DNA of 64,000 nt from a virus (Duplodnaviria; Heunggongvirae; Uroviricota; Caudoviricetes), in the IMG/VR virus record IMGVR_UViG_3300042890_002891, positions 1-64,000 of that record; one strand, 5' to 3'. Positions 8,419-19,500 of this stretch are shown here, in pieces. Each line of letters opens with the position of its first letter. Position 1 is the stretch's first letter. The translations under genes were made by a program, and so were the position numbers. The notes beneath the pieces were generated by a model. That model searched no databases, had not been told where the DNA came from, and saw nothing but the letters and a program-made list of their open reading frames with translations.

Positions 8419-9807
8419 ATGTCTACATTCTCATCCACAGTCACTGCCTCAGATGCCAACACCGCTCAGGATCTGGCCGAAGCTGGTGCACGGGCTCAAG
8501 TGGCCGCATCACTGGGCGGCGATGTTGTAATAATCAGCAGTTTTACCAACACAGTGGTTGATGCCACTGGCAGATACACTTCTACCTTTACCATTGACGC
8601 TGAACCATTTGTTGCACCGCCAGCAGTTGTGATTCCGCCATTTGATGAATTTGCAGGAGTTGATGCAGCAGTAGCAGCACAGGCTGCAACGCCAGTGAAC
8701 ACATTTCTAGATCCGCAACAGCAGGCCGAAGCCCGTGACGCTGCTCTTGCCGAAGCCGCTGCAGAAGCCAATGCAGCCAGTGCTGCCGACCCTGTTGATG
8801 CAGCAAACGATCAAAGCCTTCAAGATCAAGAAGATGCCAGACAACTTGCAGCAGCACAACCCACAACCTCTGCTACTCCTGTAGATATATTTCCAGAGTT
8901 GATCCCACCCAACACCAATGTGGCCTTGCCCAGTCTGGGCACTTTCACCAATGATCAGGCCATAGCAGCGGCTGCCAAACAACAGGCAGGCACTCTGTTG
9001 GCACAGCGTCAAGCCACGCTGGAAGCACAACGCAAGATGACCAACAACGGGGACTGGCGTGTTAGACTCAGCCTGGCTCCCAGTGCCACCTATTTGTACA
9101 ATGCAAGTCCTCCAGGAATACTGGCTCCTTTGGCCAAAACAGGTGGAGTAATATTTCCCTACACACCCAAGATTGAGATCAACTACAAGGCTGAGTATTC
9201 CCCATACGCACTCACTCACTCAAACTACAAGGGCTATTTCTACCAGTCAAGCTATACTGATGCAGTAAATATGTCAGCCACATTCACAGCACAAGATTCT
9301 GCTGAAGCAGATTACATGTTGGCAGTGATACACTTTTTTAGATCAGTGACAAAAATGTTCTATGGGCAAGATGCAGAACGAGGTGCACCACCTCCTTTGG
9401 TGTTCTTGACAGGCTTGGGGCAGTATCAGTTTTCAGCGCATCCTTGTGTGGTCAGCAGTTTTCAATACAGCCTGCCAGCCGATGTTGATTATATACGGGC
9501 CAGAAGTACCAATGTCAACGGAACCAATCTGTTGTCACGCAGAGACCGACAAGACTTGCCCACAAATCCTATCTCCAGTGCAGTCAATCGACTGGCAAAT
9601 CTTTTCTCCAGTCAAGGCATAAGCAAAGGAGCAATGTCCAGTCCAGACGCTCCGGCCACCCTGGGAAAAAATGAACCAACCTATGTGCCCACAAAACTTG
9701 AAATCAGCTTGGTATTGTTGCCAATACAAACTAGATCGCAGGTCAGCCAACAGTTCAGTGTCAAGGGATTTGCCAACGGTGATCTAATCAAAGGAGGGTT
9801 CTGGTAA
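8419..9807 (+). CDS. Putative baseplate/tail-tube initiator-like virion protein with Ala/Pro-rich N-terminus
   Basis: C-terminal globular part (DWRVRLSL..IFPYTP..HSNY..PPPLVFL..PTKLEISLVL); directly upstream of gp53-like gene. Confidence 0.5.
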   Translation: MSTFSSTVTASDANTAQDLAEAGARAQVAASLGGDVVIISSFTNTVVDATGRYTSTFTIDAEPFVAPPAVVIPPFDEFAGVDAAVAAQAATPVNTFLDPQQQAEARDAALAEAAAEANAASAADPVDAANDQSLQDQEDARQLAAAQPTTSATPVDIFPELIPPNTNVALPSLGTFTNDQAIAAAAKQQAGTLLAQRQATLEAQRKMTNNGDWRVRLSLAPSATYLYNASPPGILAPLAKTGGVIFPYTPKIEINYKAEYSPYALTHSNYKGYFYQSSYTDAVNMSATFTAQDSAEADYMLAVIHFFRSVTKMFYGQDAERGAPPPLVFLTGLGQYQFSAHPCVVSSFQYSLPADVDYIRARSTNVNGTNLLSRRDRQDLPTNPISSAVNRLANLFSSQGISKGAMSSPDAPATLGKNEPTYVPTKLEISLVLLPIQTRSQVSQQFSVKGFANGDLIKGGFW

Positions 9808-10106
9808 TGGCCACTTATGATTCAACCAGCGCATACTATGCCACTGGCTATAGTCAGTTCTTTCTGGACACCATGACCAATCGTCCCATTCCCAAAGAAA
9901 CTGATGATCGTGTCATGCTGATCAACACCACGTATCAGTATAGACCAGATCTCCTGGCATTTGACTTGTACGACACACCAGAGTTGTGGTGGGTGTTTTA
10001 TCAACGCAATCCCAATACTCTGACTGCACCTCCCCTGGACTTTAAGGCCGGTGTACAAATTTATCTGCCAAAAATTACCACATTACGCAGCGTGTTAGGA
10101 TTCTAA
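9807..10106 (+). CDS. gp53: Baseplate wedge subunit, LysM-like (T4 gp53-like)
   Basis: YQYRPDLLAFDLYDTPELWWVF..N motif typical of gp53/LysM-like baseplate proteins. Confidence 0.75.
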   Translation: MATYDSTSAYYATGYSQFFLDTMTNRPIPKETDDRVMLINTTYQYRPDLLAFDLYDTPELWWVFYQRNPNTLTAPPLDFKAGVQIYLPKITTLRSVLGF

Positions 10107-10108
10107 GC

Positions 10109-11647
10109 ATGGCCACTCAGGATCAGATCTCGCAGTTTCTAGCAGCATTTTATCAATCTTGGAATTCTTCTATCCAAGATCGGCAAGCATATCGCACTGC
10201 AATTTCTATAGCAGAAATACGGACTGGATTGCAAGTTGGCAGAGCCATCAATGCCCCGGCTGGTATCAATTTCAATCTTATTTCACCTGACGATATACCT
10301 TCATTTGAATCTCTTACCGCTGGAATAAATCCACCCAGTAGTTCAGCCGATACCACCAGAGCCGCACAAACTGCACGGGACGACCGTGCCAGTTCAAGCA
10401 ATCCTGTTCCTCCTCAGCAGGTTGAAACGTTTGATGGCAGAATAGTTGAAAAAACCACAGCAGGTCCAACCAATGCTGACCCACCACCGACCACAGAAAC
10501 AGGAGATGTTGACTCGGGCACTGATGCAACCACGGTTACATACAACAATAGTCAATCCACATCTTCTCCTCCGGCAAGCGGCCCGTTACCATCTCCGCCA
10601 TCTTCTACATTCCTGGATCCTGCGCAGCGAGCAGAATTCAATCAATTACAAGGTTCAGGAGCAGTGCCCGGAGCCACTCCTGTAAACAACGCTAAACAAG
10701 GCGGGGTAGGAGCTCGTAGCGATGATGCTGCTGGTGTCAACGGCACCGCAGCGGTTCGTAATAGACTGGATGAATTGTATGGCGGTGCCTCCAATGCCAT
10801 TGTGGCACAAGACAATGTACTAGATCAGTATGCCAGCTATACATATAGTCTAAGTTGGTATTTAATGGATCCTGACACATACACCGCACTAATGAAATCT
10901 CCAAAGAAAACATTAAATGGCTACTATTTGTTGGCACAAAGTGGTGGCGCAGGTGTTACAACACAGACACCTACCGGTGCAACCAGTGTGGGCACTGGTC
11001 GCAGTCCGTTCTTTCCGTTGGATTATTATCTTGACAATTTTGAACTCACCACTGCGTATGGCAGCTCTATAGGCAGCGGCGGTGCAGCAAAACTTACGGA
11101 CTTGAGTTTTACAGTAACTGAGCCCAATGGAATCACACTGTTGAGCAATTTAATAAAAGCTGTTAGAGATTTATATGAAACTAAAAATATAACCAAGCCA
11201 GGAACTCCTGTAAACTACGCAGCGGCACAATATTGTATGGCCATAAGATTTTATGGCTACGACATCAATGGCAATCTTGTACAACCTATTGCACGAAAAA
11301 CTGGCAGCACAGATAATCGTGCAGCAATTGAAAAGTTTGTGCCTTTTATTATCACTGAACTTGAATTTCGAGTGGCAAACAAGTTGGTTGAATACACCAT
11401 CAAAGGAGCAAGCCCTGGCGATATCACTGGCAAAAGTACCAATCGTGGCAGCATACCACAGAATTTTCAGTTCCAAGGCAGCACAGTCAAGGACATATTG
11501 GTTGGTACTGTGATACAACAAACAGCAAGCCAGGCAGCAGGAGACGAAACCAGACTTGGTGTTCCTATAGAATCATCGCCACCGGGCAGTAACACTGTAC
11601 AAGATCCTCAACAACGAGCACAAGCACTTTTAGAGGCCGGACAATAA
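10109..11647 (+). CDS. Putative baseplate hub-related protein, N-terminal part
   Basis: Lies between gp53 and gp5; Pro/Ser/Thr-rich linker then a globular region (NVLDQYASYTY..FTVTEPNG). Confidence 0.45.
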   Translation: MATQDQISQFLAAFYQSWNSSIQDRQAYRTAISIAEIRTGLQVGRAINAPAGINFNLISPDDIPSFESLTAGINPPSSSADTTRAAQTARDDRASSSNPVPPQQVETFDGRIVEKTTAGPTNADPPPTTETGDVDSGTDATTVTYNNSQSTSSPPASGPLPSPPSSTFLDPAQRAEFNQLQGSGAVPGATPVNNAKQGGVGARSDDAAGVNGTAAVRNRLDELYGGASNAIVAQDNVLDQYASYTYSLSWYLMDPDTYTALMKSPKKTLNGYYLLAQSGGAGVTTQTPTGATSVGTGRSPFFPLDYYLDNFELTTAYGSSIGSGGAAKLTDLSFTVTEPNGITLLSNLIKAVRDLYETKNITKPGTPVNYAAAQYCMAIRFYGYDINGNLVQPIARKTGSTDNRAAIEKFVPFIITELEFRVANKLVEYTIKGASPGDITGKSTNRGSIPQNFQFQGSTVKDILVGTVIQQTASQAAGDETRLGVPIESSPPGSNTVQDPQQRAQALLEAGQ

Positions 11648-11648
11648 T

Positions 11649-13310
11649 ATGGCTACTAACGCAATCCCTCGAATAATATCAGCAACTGACAACGTACCAC
11701 AAACCAAACCAGGCGAAAATGCAGTTGGCGGTGTTGGTGCCCCTCCCAAGGCCGATGCAGCGCCTAAACCTGGTGCTACCACACTTGGCAGCGGTCTATG
11801 TGCGGCACTAAATGCTTACTATGCAGAGCAGGCCAAACGCAGTGGATTTATACCAGACGTTTATGAAATTAAATTTGCTGATCCCATACTAGAAAATGCC
11901 AGCCTTGTTCCTCCAGGCGACTATTTCGACAAAAGCCTAGTAGGCGGTTCAGCTACAGCAACAGCAGCAGATCAACTGCTGAGTGAAAAACAAAGCATTA
12001 ACACTACTGTGCGTCAAAAGTCTGCCACAGCAGGACAACAGATTGTGCAATTTATTGACACAGTGTTACGCAGCAGCAGTTATATTACTGCTCAACAAAA
12101 AGTTACCTGGAATCCAGATACCTACACCTGGAACGATAATGGCCCGCCTCAGAGATTTGCCTGGTTTGATATCAGTTGTGAAGCACAGCAATTGAAATAT
12201 GATTCAAAACAAAACGATTTTGCGTACAAAATGATTTATACCATATCGCCGTTTCAAACGCCAGTGATCAGTGAATATTTTGAAAGTGGAGAATTCAGAG
12301 GAGTGCATAAGGTTTATAACTATTGGTTTACTGGACAAAACACTCAGGTATTGCAATTTGAACAGGCATTCAACCACTTATGGACACAGGCTATCACCAG
12401 TGATGTTTCGATAGCCTCTGCTACGCAATCATCACAAACTGGACAAAATAGCGAATCACTTTCAAAAAAACGACCAATGCCAGCCAGCGGTCAGGCACGT
12501 CAAGGCGGTGATAGCAAGACATTCGAGCCCGGTGCCAATGCAGCCGATTATCTATATTCAGCTGATCAGGCCGACATTAGATTGGTAATCGTAGGAGATC
12601 CTGCCTGGATTCCTTCTCCCAAGGCCATGCAACCAGGAAAGTTTGTCTCAGCACCTTTTGAAGCTGATGGCACTATAAATGTAAGTGCATCGGGCGCATA
12701 CTTTGAATTTGCATGGAATCGGCCCAGGGACTATGATCTCAGCACAGGAATCATGGACACAGGAAAAAATAATAATTTTGCAGATCGCATCCAGGGCAAA
12801 CCAGGACTGGCGCAACAAACTGTCACATACATGGCCACTACCAGCAAAAGTATATTTCGTGGAGGAAAATTTACTCAGGAACTTGAAGGGGCTCGGGTAG
12901 AAAATACTTTTTCTACCAAAGCAGCTGATGCTGGAAGAAACACTACTCCGCCAACAACCACAGCAAAAACCTCAGGGATCGCCGGCATAATAGCGGCAAC
13001 CAATAATGTATCGCCTGTCAACCAAATAATACAATCAACATCAAAAGTGTTGCAAGCAGGTTCTGCTCGGGCGTTGCAGGCTGTTACAGAATACACATCG
13101 CCTGCACCTACGCCAGTTTCTATCACATCAGTTTCAGGAGCACAACCAGTGCCGGCAAAACCTGCCAGTGTAGATGGTGCAGATATTCCAAACACAGAAT
13201 TTCAACCGCCACCTGTTCTTTCTGGAAAACCTGGAGAAAACAGACTTGGCGGATTCGATCTATCGCCGAATCCGTCTCAAGGTGTAGTAAACGACGATCA
13301 AGGAACCTAA
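11649..13310 (+). CDS. Putative baseplate hub-related protein (gp27/GpD-like), C-terminal part
   Basis: LVIVGDP and FRGGKFTQEL motifs resemble the hub C-terminus; directly upstream of gp5. Confidence 0.45.
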   Translation: MATNAIPRIISATDNVPQTKPGENAVGGVGAPPKADAAPKPGATTLGSGLCAALNAYYAEQAKRSGFIPDVYEIKFADPILENASLVPPGDYFDKSLVGGSATATAADQLLSEKQSINTTVRQKSATAGQQIVQFIDTVLRSSSYITAQQKVTWNPDTYTWNDNGPPQRFAWFDISCEAQQLKYDSKQNDFAYKMIYTISPFQTPVISEYFESGEFRGVHKVYNYWFTGQNTQVLQFEQAFNHLWTQAITSDVSIASATQSSQTGQNSESLSKKRPMPASGQARQGGDSKTFEPGANAADYLYSADQADIRLVIVGDPAWIPSPKAMQPGKFVSAPFEADGTINVSASGAYFEFAWNRPRDYDLSTGIMDTGKNNNFADRIQGKPGLAQQTVTYMATTSKSIFRGGKFTQELEGARVENTFSTKAADAGRNTTPPTTTAKTSGIAGIIAATNNVSPVNQIIQSTSKVLQAGSARALQAVTEYTSPAPTPVSITSVSGAQPVPAKPASVDGADIPNTEFQPPPVLSGKPGENRLGGFDLSPNPSQGVVNDDQGT

Positions 13311-13319
13311 AGGACACTT

Positions 13320-14834
13320 ATGGCACAAAATAATACCCAACAATCGGGCAGCGCACCCAATTATAAATTTGATCGTGGTGGCACACCTGCAGAAATGGGG
13401 CCATTTGTTGGTCGTATTGTAAACACTGTGGACCTTACACGAACTGGTCGCTTGCAGGTTTTCATTGAACAGTTTGCCAGCGGTCGACCCAGCACCAATC
13501 CTGAAACCTGGCGTTGGGTAAGATATTTGTCACCCTTCTATGGAGCCACAGAAAAAACCAGCACCAGTGCAGGTGTAGGCACATACCCTGGAAATCAACA
13601 AAGTTACGGCATGTGGTTTACTCCACCGGATATTGGTACATCTGTTATGTGTTTTTTTGTTGAAGGTGATCCTGACAAAGGTTACTATATTGGGTCAATA
13701 ATTGAAGACAGCTTGAATCATATGCTGCCAGCCATTGGCGCTGCCAAGTCAGGTGAGTATGTCACACAAAACAAGTCACAAGCAGAATATTTTGCCAATG
13801 CACCTCAGTTGCCTGTTACCGAAATCAACTCTGCCAACAAAGAAATTAACAAAAATCCACGATTCTTTGATCAACCCAAGCCTGTGCATAGTTTTCAAGC
13901 AGCTATATTTTTTCAGCAAGGACTGAACAAAGATCCTGAACGTGGTCCTATTATTTCAAATGCACAACGAGAAAGCCCTAGCACAGTGTATGGAATTAGC
14001 ACACCCGGCCAGCCTATCTATCAGAGTGGTGCAGACCCCAATACCATACGAAAACAACTTAATTCTGGATCTCTCAAACCGCAAGATGTTAAAGTGATAG
14101 GCCGCAAAGGTGGGCACACACTGGTCATGGATGATGGCGATCTAGACGGCAACAATGCCTTGCTTAGACTACGAACTGCCAAGGGTCATCAGATCATGAT
14201 GAATGATTCTGAAAACTTTTTTCAGTTCATTCATTCCAATGGACAAACCTGGATTGAACTAGGGTCCGAAGGCACAGTAGATATTTTTTCAACCAACAGT
14301 GTAAACGTAAGAACTCAAGGAACTATCAATTTACATGCTGACAAAGATATCAATATGTTTGCTGGTGGCAATATCAATCTGAAATCAAATGCAGCCACTA
14401 ATATTGGTGCTGTGACTACCATGAACATAGCCAGCCAAGAAGCCATGGTCATTTATGGTCAGTCCACAGTAGGAATAAAAGCTAACGGATCATTGGCTTT
14501 GCAAGGTAAAACAACTGCATCAATATCTGGTGGCACATCGTTGAGATTTAGTGCAGCAAGGATAGATCTCAACGGGTTACCAGCAACGTCAGTGAAAACC
14601 CCTAAACTGTATCCTAAAACAATCTTGGATGATACTACCTTTAATAATTCCACCGGCTGGCAAGTAAAACCCAATGGACTAACAAGTATTGTTACTCGCG
14701 CCCCAACACATGAACCGTATCCGTACCATAATCAGGGTGTAGCTGTCAGCGTGAGTTTAACTGAAGGAACTCCTACTCCACCGCCAGACGCTGAACCAGT
14801 TCCTTCCAGCTGGGGCATAGTTAGAAAATCATGA
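13320..14834 (+). CDS. gp5: Baseplate central spike (gp5/VgrG-like OB fold plus beta-helix, no lysozyme domain evident)
   Basis: GRLQVFI..SYGMWFTPPDIGTSVMCFFVEGD OB-fold motif; GHTLVMDD/GHQIMMND and beta-helix-like repeats. Confidence 0.8.
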   Translation: MAQNNTQQSGSAPNYKFDRGGTPAEMGPFVGRIVNTVDLTRTGRLQVFIEQFASGRPSTNPETWRWVRYLSPFYGATEKTSTSAGVGTYPGNQQSYGMWFTPPDIGTSVMCFFVEGDPDKGYYIGSIIEDSLNHMLPAIGAAKSGEYVTQNKSQAEYFANAPQLPVTEINSANKEINKNPRFFDQPKPVHSFQAAIFFQQGLNKDPERGPIISNAQRESPSTVYGISTPGQPIYQSGADPNTIRKQLNSGSLKPQDVKVIGRKGGHTLVMDDGDLDGNNALLRLRTAKGHQIMMNDSENFFQFIHSNGQTWIELGSEGTVDIFSTNSVNVRTQGTINLHADKDINMFAGGNINLKSNAATNIGAVTTMNIASQEAMVIYGQSTVGIKANGSLALQGKTTASISGGTSLRFSAARIDLNGLPATSVKTPKLYPKTILDDTTFNNSTGWQVKPNGLTSIVTRAPTHEPYPYHNQGVAVSVSLTEGTPTPPPDAEPVPSSWGIVRKS

Positions 14835-16138
14835 GTAAATTTTCATTCACAGGACCAAACGGTGAAGTATATGATGTAGACGGTCCATCGGGTGCCACTG
14901 TGGAGCAGGCTAAAGCAGTATTTGATCAACAAATCAACACCGGCGGATTAGTAGGAATCCCGGTGGGCGGTCTAGTGAATGCAGTTACACAAGCCACAGG
15001 TGGCTTGTCATCGGCTATAGCGCAAATAGGACCAGCATCATTTGCACAGGCCCTACAACTAGGTAATATAATTAATCTTCCAGACCTAAGAGGATTACCC
15101 ATTCCTAATCCAATAGGAGTAAGTGACTTTATCAAAACAACCATAGGTCAACAGAGCATTGGCACAATTGATACTACACAAATACAAGGTCTAATAGCAC
15201 AAACTGGTGTGTCAGTTGGACAAGCAGCGTCAGCAATCACTGATTTCAAAGGGCTTGGTAAGTTTGGCCTTAATGCTGATCAGTTGCAATTGTCAGGCTT
15301 GATCAAACCAGGGCTGGCTGAACAAATCAACCTGGATCCCAGCAAATTTACAAGCATCTTGTCGAGCCCTACCAGTTGGACGGGCAAGTTAGGCGCTACA
15401 GATTTAACTTCTGTACTAGGCAACGAACGTTTGCAAACCACAGTACAACAAGGACTAATGAATGTGAACTTTGACCAACTCAAACAAATAGGAGTAATCA
15501 GCGGCACAGAAGCAGCATCGCAACTGGGTCCGTTGTTGAACATCTCTACAAAATTTGGCCTAGGCAATGCAACAGAATGGCTCAAAACCGCACCGTCAAT
15601 AGGATCGTTGGGATCATTGGGGTCACTAGTAAGTGACGGTGGAATAGGTAGCGGAATAAGCAGTTTAGTTAGTGGTGGTGGCATTGGTGGTGGCATTGGT
15701 GGACTACTAAGTGGTGGTGGCATTGGTGGACTACTAAGTGGTGGTGGCATTAGTGGAATAGTCGGCGATATGACCAATTTTGCCAAATCAGCAGAATTTG
15801 CACAGTCATTTAGTGGACTACTAAGTGGTGGTGGCATTGGTGGACTACTAAGTGGTGGTGGCATTGGTGGACTACTAAGTGGTGGTGGTGGTATTGGTGA
15901 ATTACTAAGTGGTGGTGGCATTGGTGGATTACTAAGTGGTGGATTTGGTGGATTTGGTGGATTTGGTGGATTTGGCGGTTTTGGAGATTCCGGCGGCAAC
16001 CCATTAGAATCAGGGGTACAAGTGGCCAAAGGATTTACCAACACTGTGAATCGATCTAATTTGAATGAAGCAGTGAAAAAAGTCATTGGCAACAGCAAGA
16101 TATCTGTGCCAGATTTTGCACCTCCAGGCACCAGCTAA
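14831..16138 (+). CDS. Glycine-rich virion-associated protein
   Basis: Located between gp5 and gp25; C-terminal GLLSGGGIG and GGF repeats. Confidence 0.55.
   Translation: MSKFSFTGPNGEVYDVDGPSGATVEQAKAVFDQQINTGGLVGIPVGGLVNAVTQATGGLSSAIAQIGPASFAQALQLGNIINLPDLRGLPIPNPIGVSDFIKTTIGQQSIGTIDTTQIQGLIAQTGVSVGQAASAITDFKGLGKFGLNADQLQLSGLIKPGLAEQINLDPSKFTSILSSPTSWTGKLGATDLTSVLGNERLQTTVQQGLMNVNFDQLKQIGVISGTEAASQLGPLLNISTKFGLGNATEWLKTAPSIGSLGSLGSLVSDGGIGSGISSLVSGGGIGGGIGGLLSGGGIGGLLSGGGISGIVGDMTNFAKSAEFAQSFSGLLSGGGIGGLLSGGGIGGLLSGGGGIGELLSGGGIGGLLSGGFGGFGGFGGFGGFGDSGGNPLESGVQVAKGFTNTVNRSNLNEAVKKVIGNSKISVPDFAPPGTS
15671..15985 (+). repeat. Coding tandem repeats: 27-bp GGACTACTAAGTGGTGGTGGCATTGGT units in two blocks, then 9-bp GGATTTGGT units
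   Basis: Directly visible near-identical units encoding GLLSGGGIG and GFG. Confidence 0.9.
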
Positions 16139-16141
16139 ATA
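16136..16141 (+). promoter_or_regulatory. Late promoter motif TAAATA
   Basis: CTAAATA ending 5 nt before the gp25 ATG. Confidence 0.55.
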
Positions 16142-16146
16142 TCTGT

Positions 16147-16521
16147 ATGGCCACATTCATTGGATTTAACACACAGAATCAATTTAAAAAATTCACGCTG
16201 GTAGACGGCGAATTAATCAAGCGCGACCTACTGAACGCATTCAATGTCTGGCAAGGGCAATTGCCTGGCCGCCCGTCATACGGAACCACACTCTGGAGTT
16301 TTTTGTTTGAAAGCCAGGATCAAACTACCATGGCCAATATTCTGCGTGAAGTACAAAGAGTAGCCGGCGGCGATCCTAGAATTTATCTAAATGATGTACA
16401 AGTGTACCCACAGGAAAACGGTGTGTTGATTGAACTGGAGATACAACTAGTGGCTGGTGCAGATGCACAGTTGCTGAGTGTATTCTTTGATCAACAACAG
16501 CGCAGAGCTTCGTTTGTATAA
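16147..16521 (+). CDS. gp25: Baseplate wedge subunit gp25/GpW-like
   Basis: IKRDLLN..GQLPGRPSYGTTLWSFLFE..DPRI pattern; 124 aa; precedes gp6. Confidence 0.85.
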   Translation: MATFIGFNTQNQFKKFTLVDGELIKRDLLNAFNVWQGQLPGRPSYGTTLWSFLFESQDQTTMANILREVQRVAGGDPRIYLNDVQVYPQENGVLIELEIQLVAGADAQLLSVFFDQQQRRASFV

Positions 16522-16543
16522 AAGTAGCCGTTTACTTTATCGG

Positions 16544-16549
16544 TAAATA
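16544..16549 (+). promoter_or_regulatory. Late promoter motif TAAATA
   Basis: GGTAAATAA in the gap before gp6. Confidence 0.6.
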
Positions 16550-16567
16550 ACATATTAACGGAATATC

Positions 16568-19500
16568 ATGGCACGCACCACTAGACAAACAGTTGTATTT
16601 GGCGTTGAAGACTGGAAACGCATCTATCAGACCTTTAGAGAAGCTGACTTTCAAAGCTACGACTTTGAAACTTTGCGAAAAAGTTTTGTAGATTATCTTC
16701 GACAGTACTATCCTGAAACATTCAATGACTACATTGAAAGTTCAGAATTTATTGCATTACTAGACGTTGTTGCATTCATGGGTCAGGCAATGGCCTTCCG
16801 TAACGATCTGAACACCCGTGAAAATTACATAGACACGGCTGAGCGTAGAGACTCAGTGGTGCGCCTGGCCAACCTAGTGAGTTACACTGCCAAAAGAAAT
16901 ACGGCTGCTCAAGGTTACCTCAAAGTATTTTCAGTGCAGACCACTGAAAATGTCACAGACTTCAACGGGATTGACCTAGCCAACGTTACTATCAACTGGA
17001 ACGATCCTACCAATTTCAACTGGGCAGAACAATTCACAGCCATTTTAAACGCTGCTCTAGTGGACACTCAACGTGTGGGTCGTCCAGGCAATCGTCAAGA
17101 CATTGTGGGTGTAAACACATCTGAATATGCTATCAACCTGGTTCCAGGATTCTTGCCTGTGTTGCCATACAATGTTACTGTGGACGGCGTCAACATGCCG
17201 TTTGAAGCAGTAAATTCTACATCCGTGGGCCAAGACTACATCTACGAGCCTGCCCCTGTGGCCAACGGCATTTTTAATATCCTGTTCCGCAGCGACTCGC
17301 TGGGATTTGCAGCAGCCAATACTGGCTATTTCTTTTATTTCAAACAAGGTGTGTTGCAAAGTCAAGATTTTAATCTGGCAGAACGAATCAGTAATCGCAC
17401 AGTCAACATCAACATTGAAGGGGTTAACAATGAAGACCGCTGGGTGTTCCAGTTGGACAATGTGGGTACTGTTGTAAGCCAGTGGCAATATGTAGAATCA
17501 GTTTTTGCTGCGGCAGCAGAACAGTTAACACCTGATCAACGCAAATTGTTTTCCACAACATCAAGAACCAACGATCAGATCACTTTGACATTCGGTGATG
17601 GTGTGTTTTCTGCTATTCCAGTGGGACTGTTCCGTGCTTATGTTCGTGCATCCAACGGCCTGCAATACATTATCAATCCTGAAGAAATGCAGAGTGTAGT
17701 CTTGCCAATCAGCTACATCAGCAGAACTGGTCAGTTGCAAACAATCACATTCACCTGTGGCATCACCACTCCTGTCAGCAATGCGCAGGCCAGAGAAACT
17801 CTAGACGAAATCAAGCAACGTGCCCCTGCTAGATACTACACACAAAATCGCATGGTCAACGGTGAAGACTACAACAACTTTCCGTTTACCTTGTACAACT
17901 CAATTATCAAAAGCAAGGCCCTGAATCGTGCCAGCATTGGTACCAGTCGATATCTTGACCTGGTGGACAACACAGGCAAATACAGTTCAACCAATATTTT
18001 TGGATCCGACGGTGCCTTGTGGGAACAAAATCAACTGCCCACGTTTGTATTCTCGTGGTTGAATCGCAATGACATTGCTAGCGTAATCACCAACCAGATA
18101 CAACCACTGTTAATTACCAACGGTTTTACGCAATTCTATTATGCAAATTTTCCAAGACCAAACCTGGCGGTACTCAACATCACTTGGAATCAAAGTACCA
18201 CAATGGCCAATGAAACCACTGGCTATTTTGTAAATGCCACTGGTGGTCCTGTTCCGATTGGCACCTTTTCTAGCAACAACACAAAATATATTCAAGTAGG
18301 TAGCCTGGTAAAGTTTGCTGCACCTGCTGGCTACTATTTTGATGCCAACAATAGACTCAAACTAGGAACTCCGGTTCGTGCAGACGAAACACTGACCATC
18401 TGGGCCAGTCCAAGCATTATTGTTTTGAATGGTACCAATCAGGGTCAGGGCAACTTTGACAACGGAACCGGCCCAGTTACACTCAATAATTTTGTGCCCA
18501 CAGGAGCAATACCTGTGTCCGTAATTCCGTTACTGGTCACAGATATTCCGGCCAGCCTTGAATCGTCAATTGCTGATCAGATTTTGTTGTTTAGAAACTT
18601 TGGACTTGGCTATGATAATACCACACAGACCTGGTATCTGATTACATCCAATAATCTTGCCGTCAATGCGGACTTTAGTCTGGCCGACGCACAAGATACA
18701 TCGGGCACAGGCCAAGATGCAAGCTGGGTTATTCAATGCCTGACAGATGGCCTCAGCTATACGGTGACCAGCCGTTCACTAATATACAACTTTGGATCTG
18801 TGCTGCAAACAAGATTTTTCTTTGAATCGGGACAACGCATTTATGACACTCGCACAGGTACAACAATCAGCGACTTTGTTAAAGTGTTGAGAACCAACAG
18901 CTTGCCTGATTCCAATCAACCCCTGCCGGGCGACATCAGTCTTTCTATCATTGGTCAGCCAGTTGAGTCAGACGGATATGTCGACGACTATCAAGTGATT
19001 GTCAGTTATCAAGATGTTGATAGTGATGGGGTAGCAGATGATCCTGATTTCTTTGATGAAATTGTAGCACCATTGGTTGTTCCTAATTCAAAATTGGTAT
19101 TCTTTGAAAAGACTGTGGACTTTGACAATTTACAACGTTATATTTTGGTTGAGCCAGGCCGCGTGGTCAGTGAATTTGCTACCAAGAATGATATTGAAGC
19201 AGTCAAGGGAGAATATGTAGCAGGACAAATTTTCTATGCCTACAATCAAGAAATTTATGTTGGACCCCTGGCCGGCCAGGTGGGTGCTTTTTATGAACTA
19301 GCGGTTAGTACAACATTTGTAAGATCACTTGTAGATGTATCGTCAGATTGGATTGCACGAATAGGCCGTCAAAGTTTGTATTTTCAATACAGACACAATG
19401 CTCCGTTGACTTCTCGTATTGACCCAGGGACTACCAACATCATTGACTTGTATGTGGTCACACAAAGCTATTATAATGCTTATCAAAACTGGATTAGAGA

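Noticed and set aside
15671-15985. Repeat array as a CRISPR or other guide-RNA array
   Set aside because: Units are contiguous, in frame and coding, with no unique spacers and no cas-like genes
15280-16131. 283-aa Pro-rich minus-strand ORF
   Set aside because: Antisense shadow of the Gly-rich repeat gene
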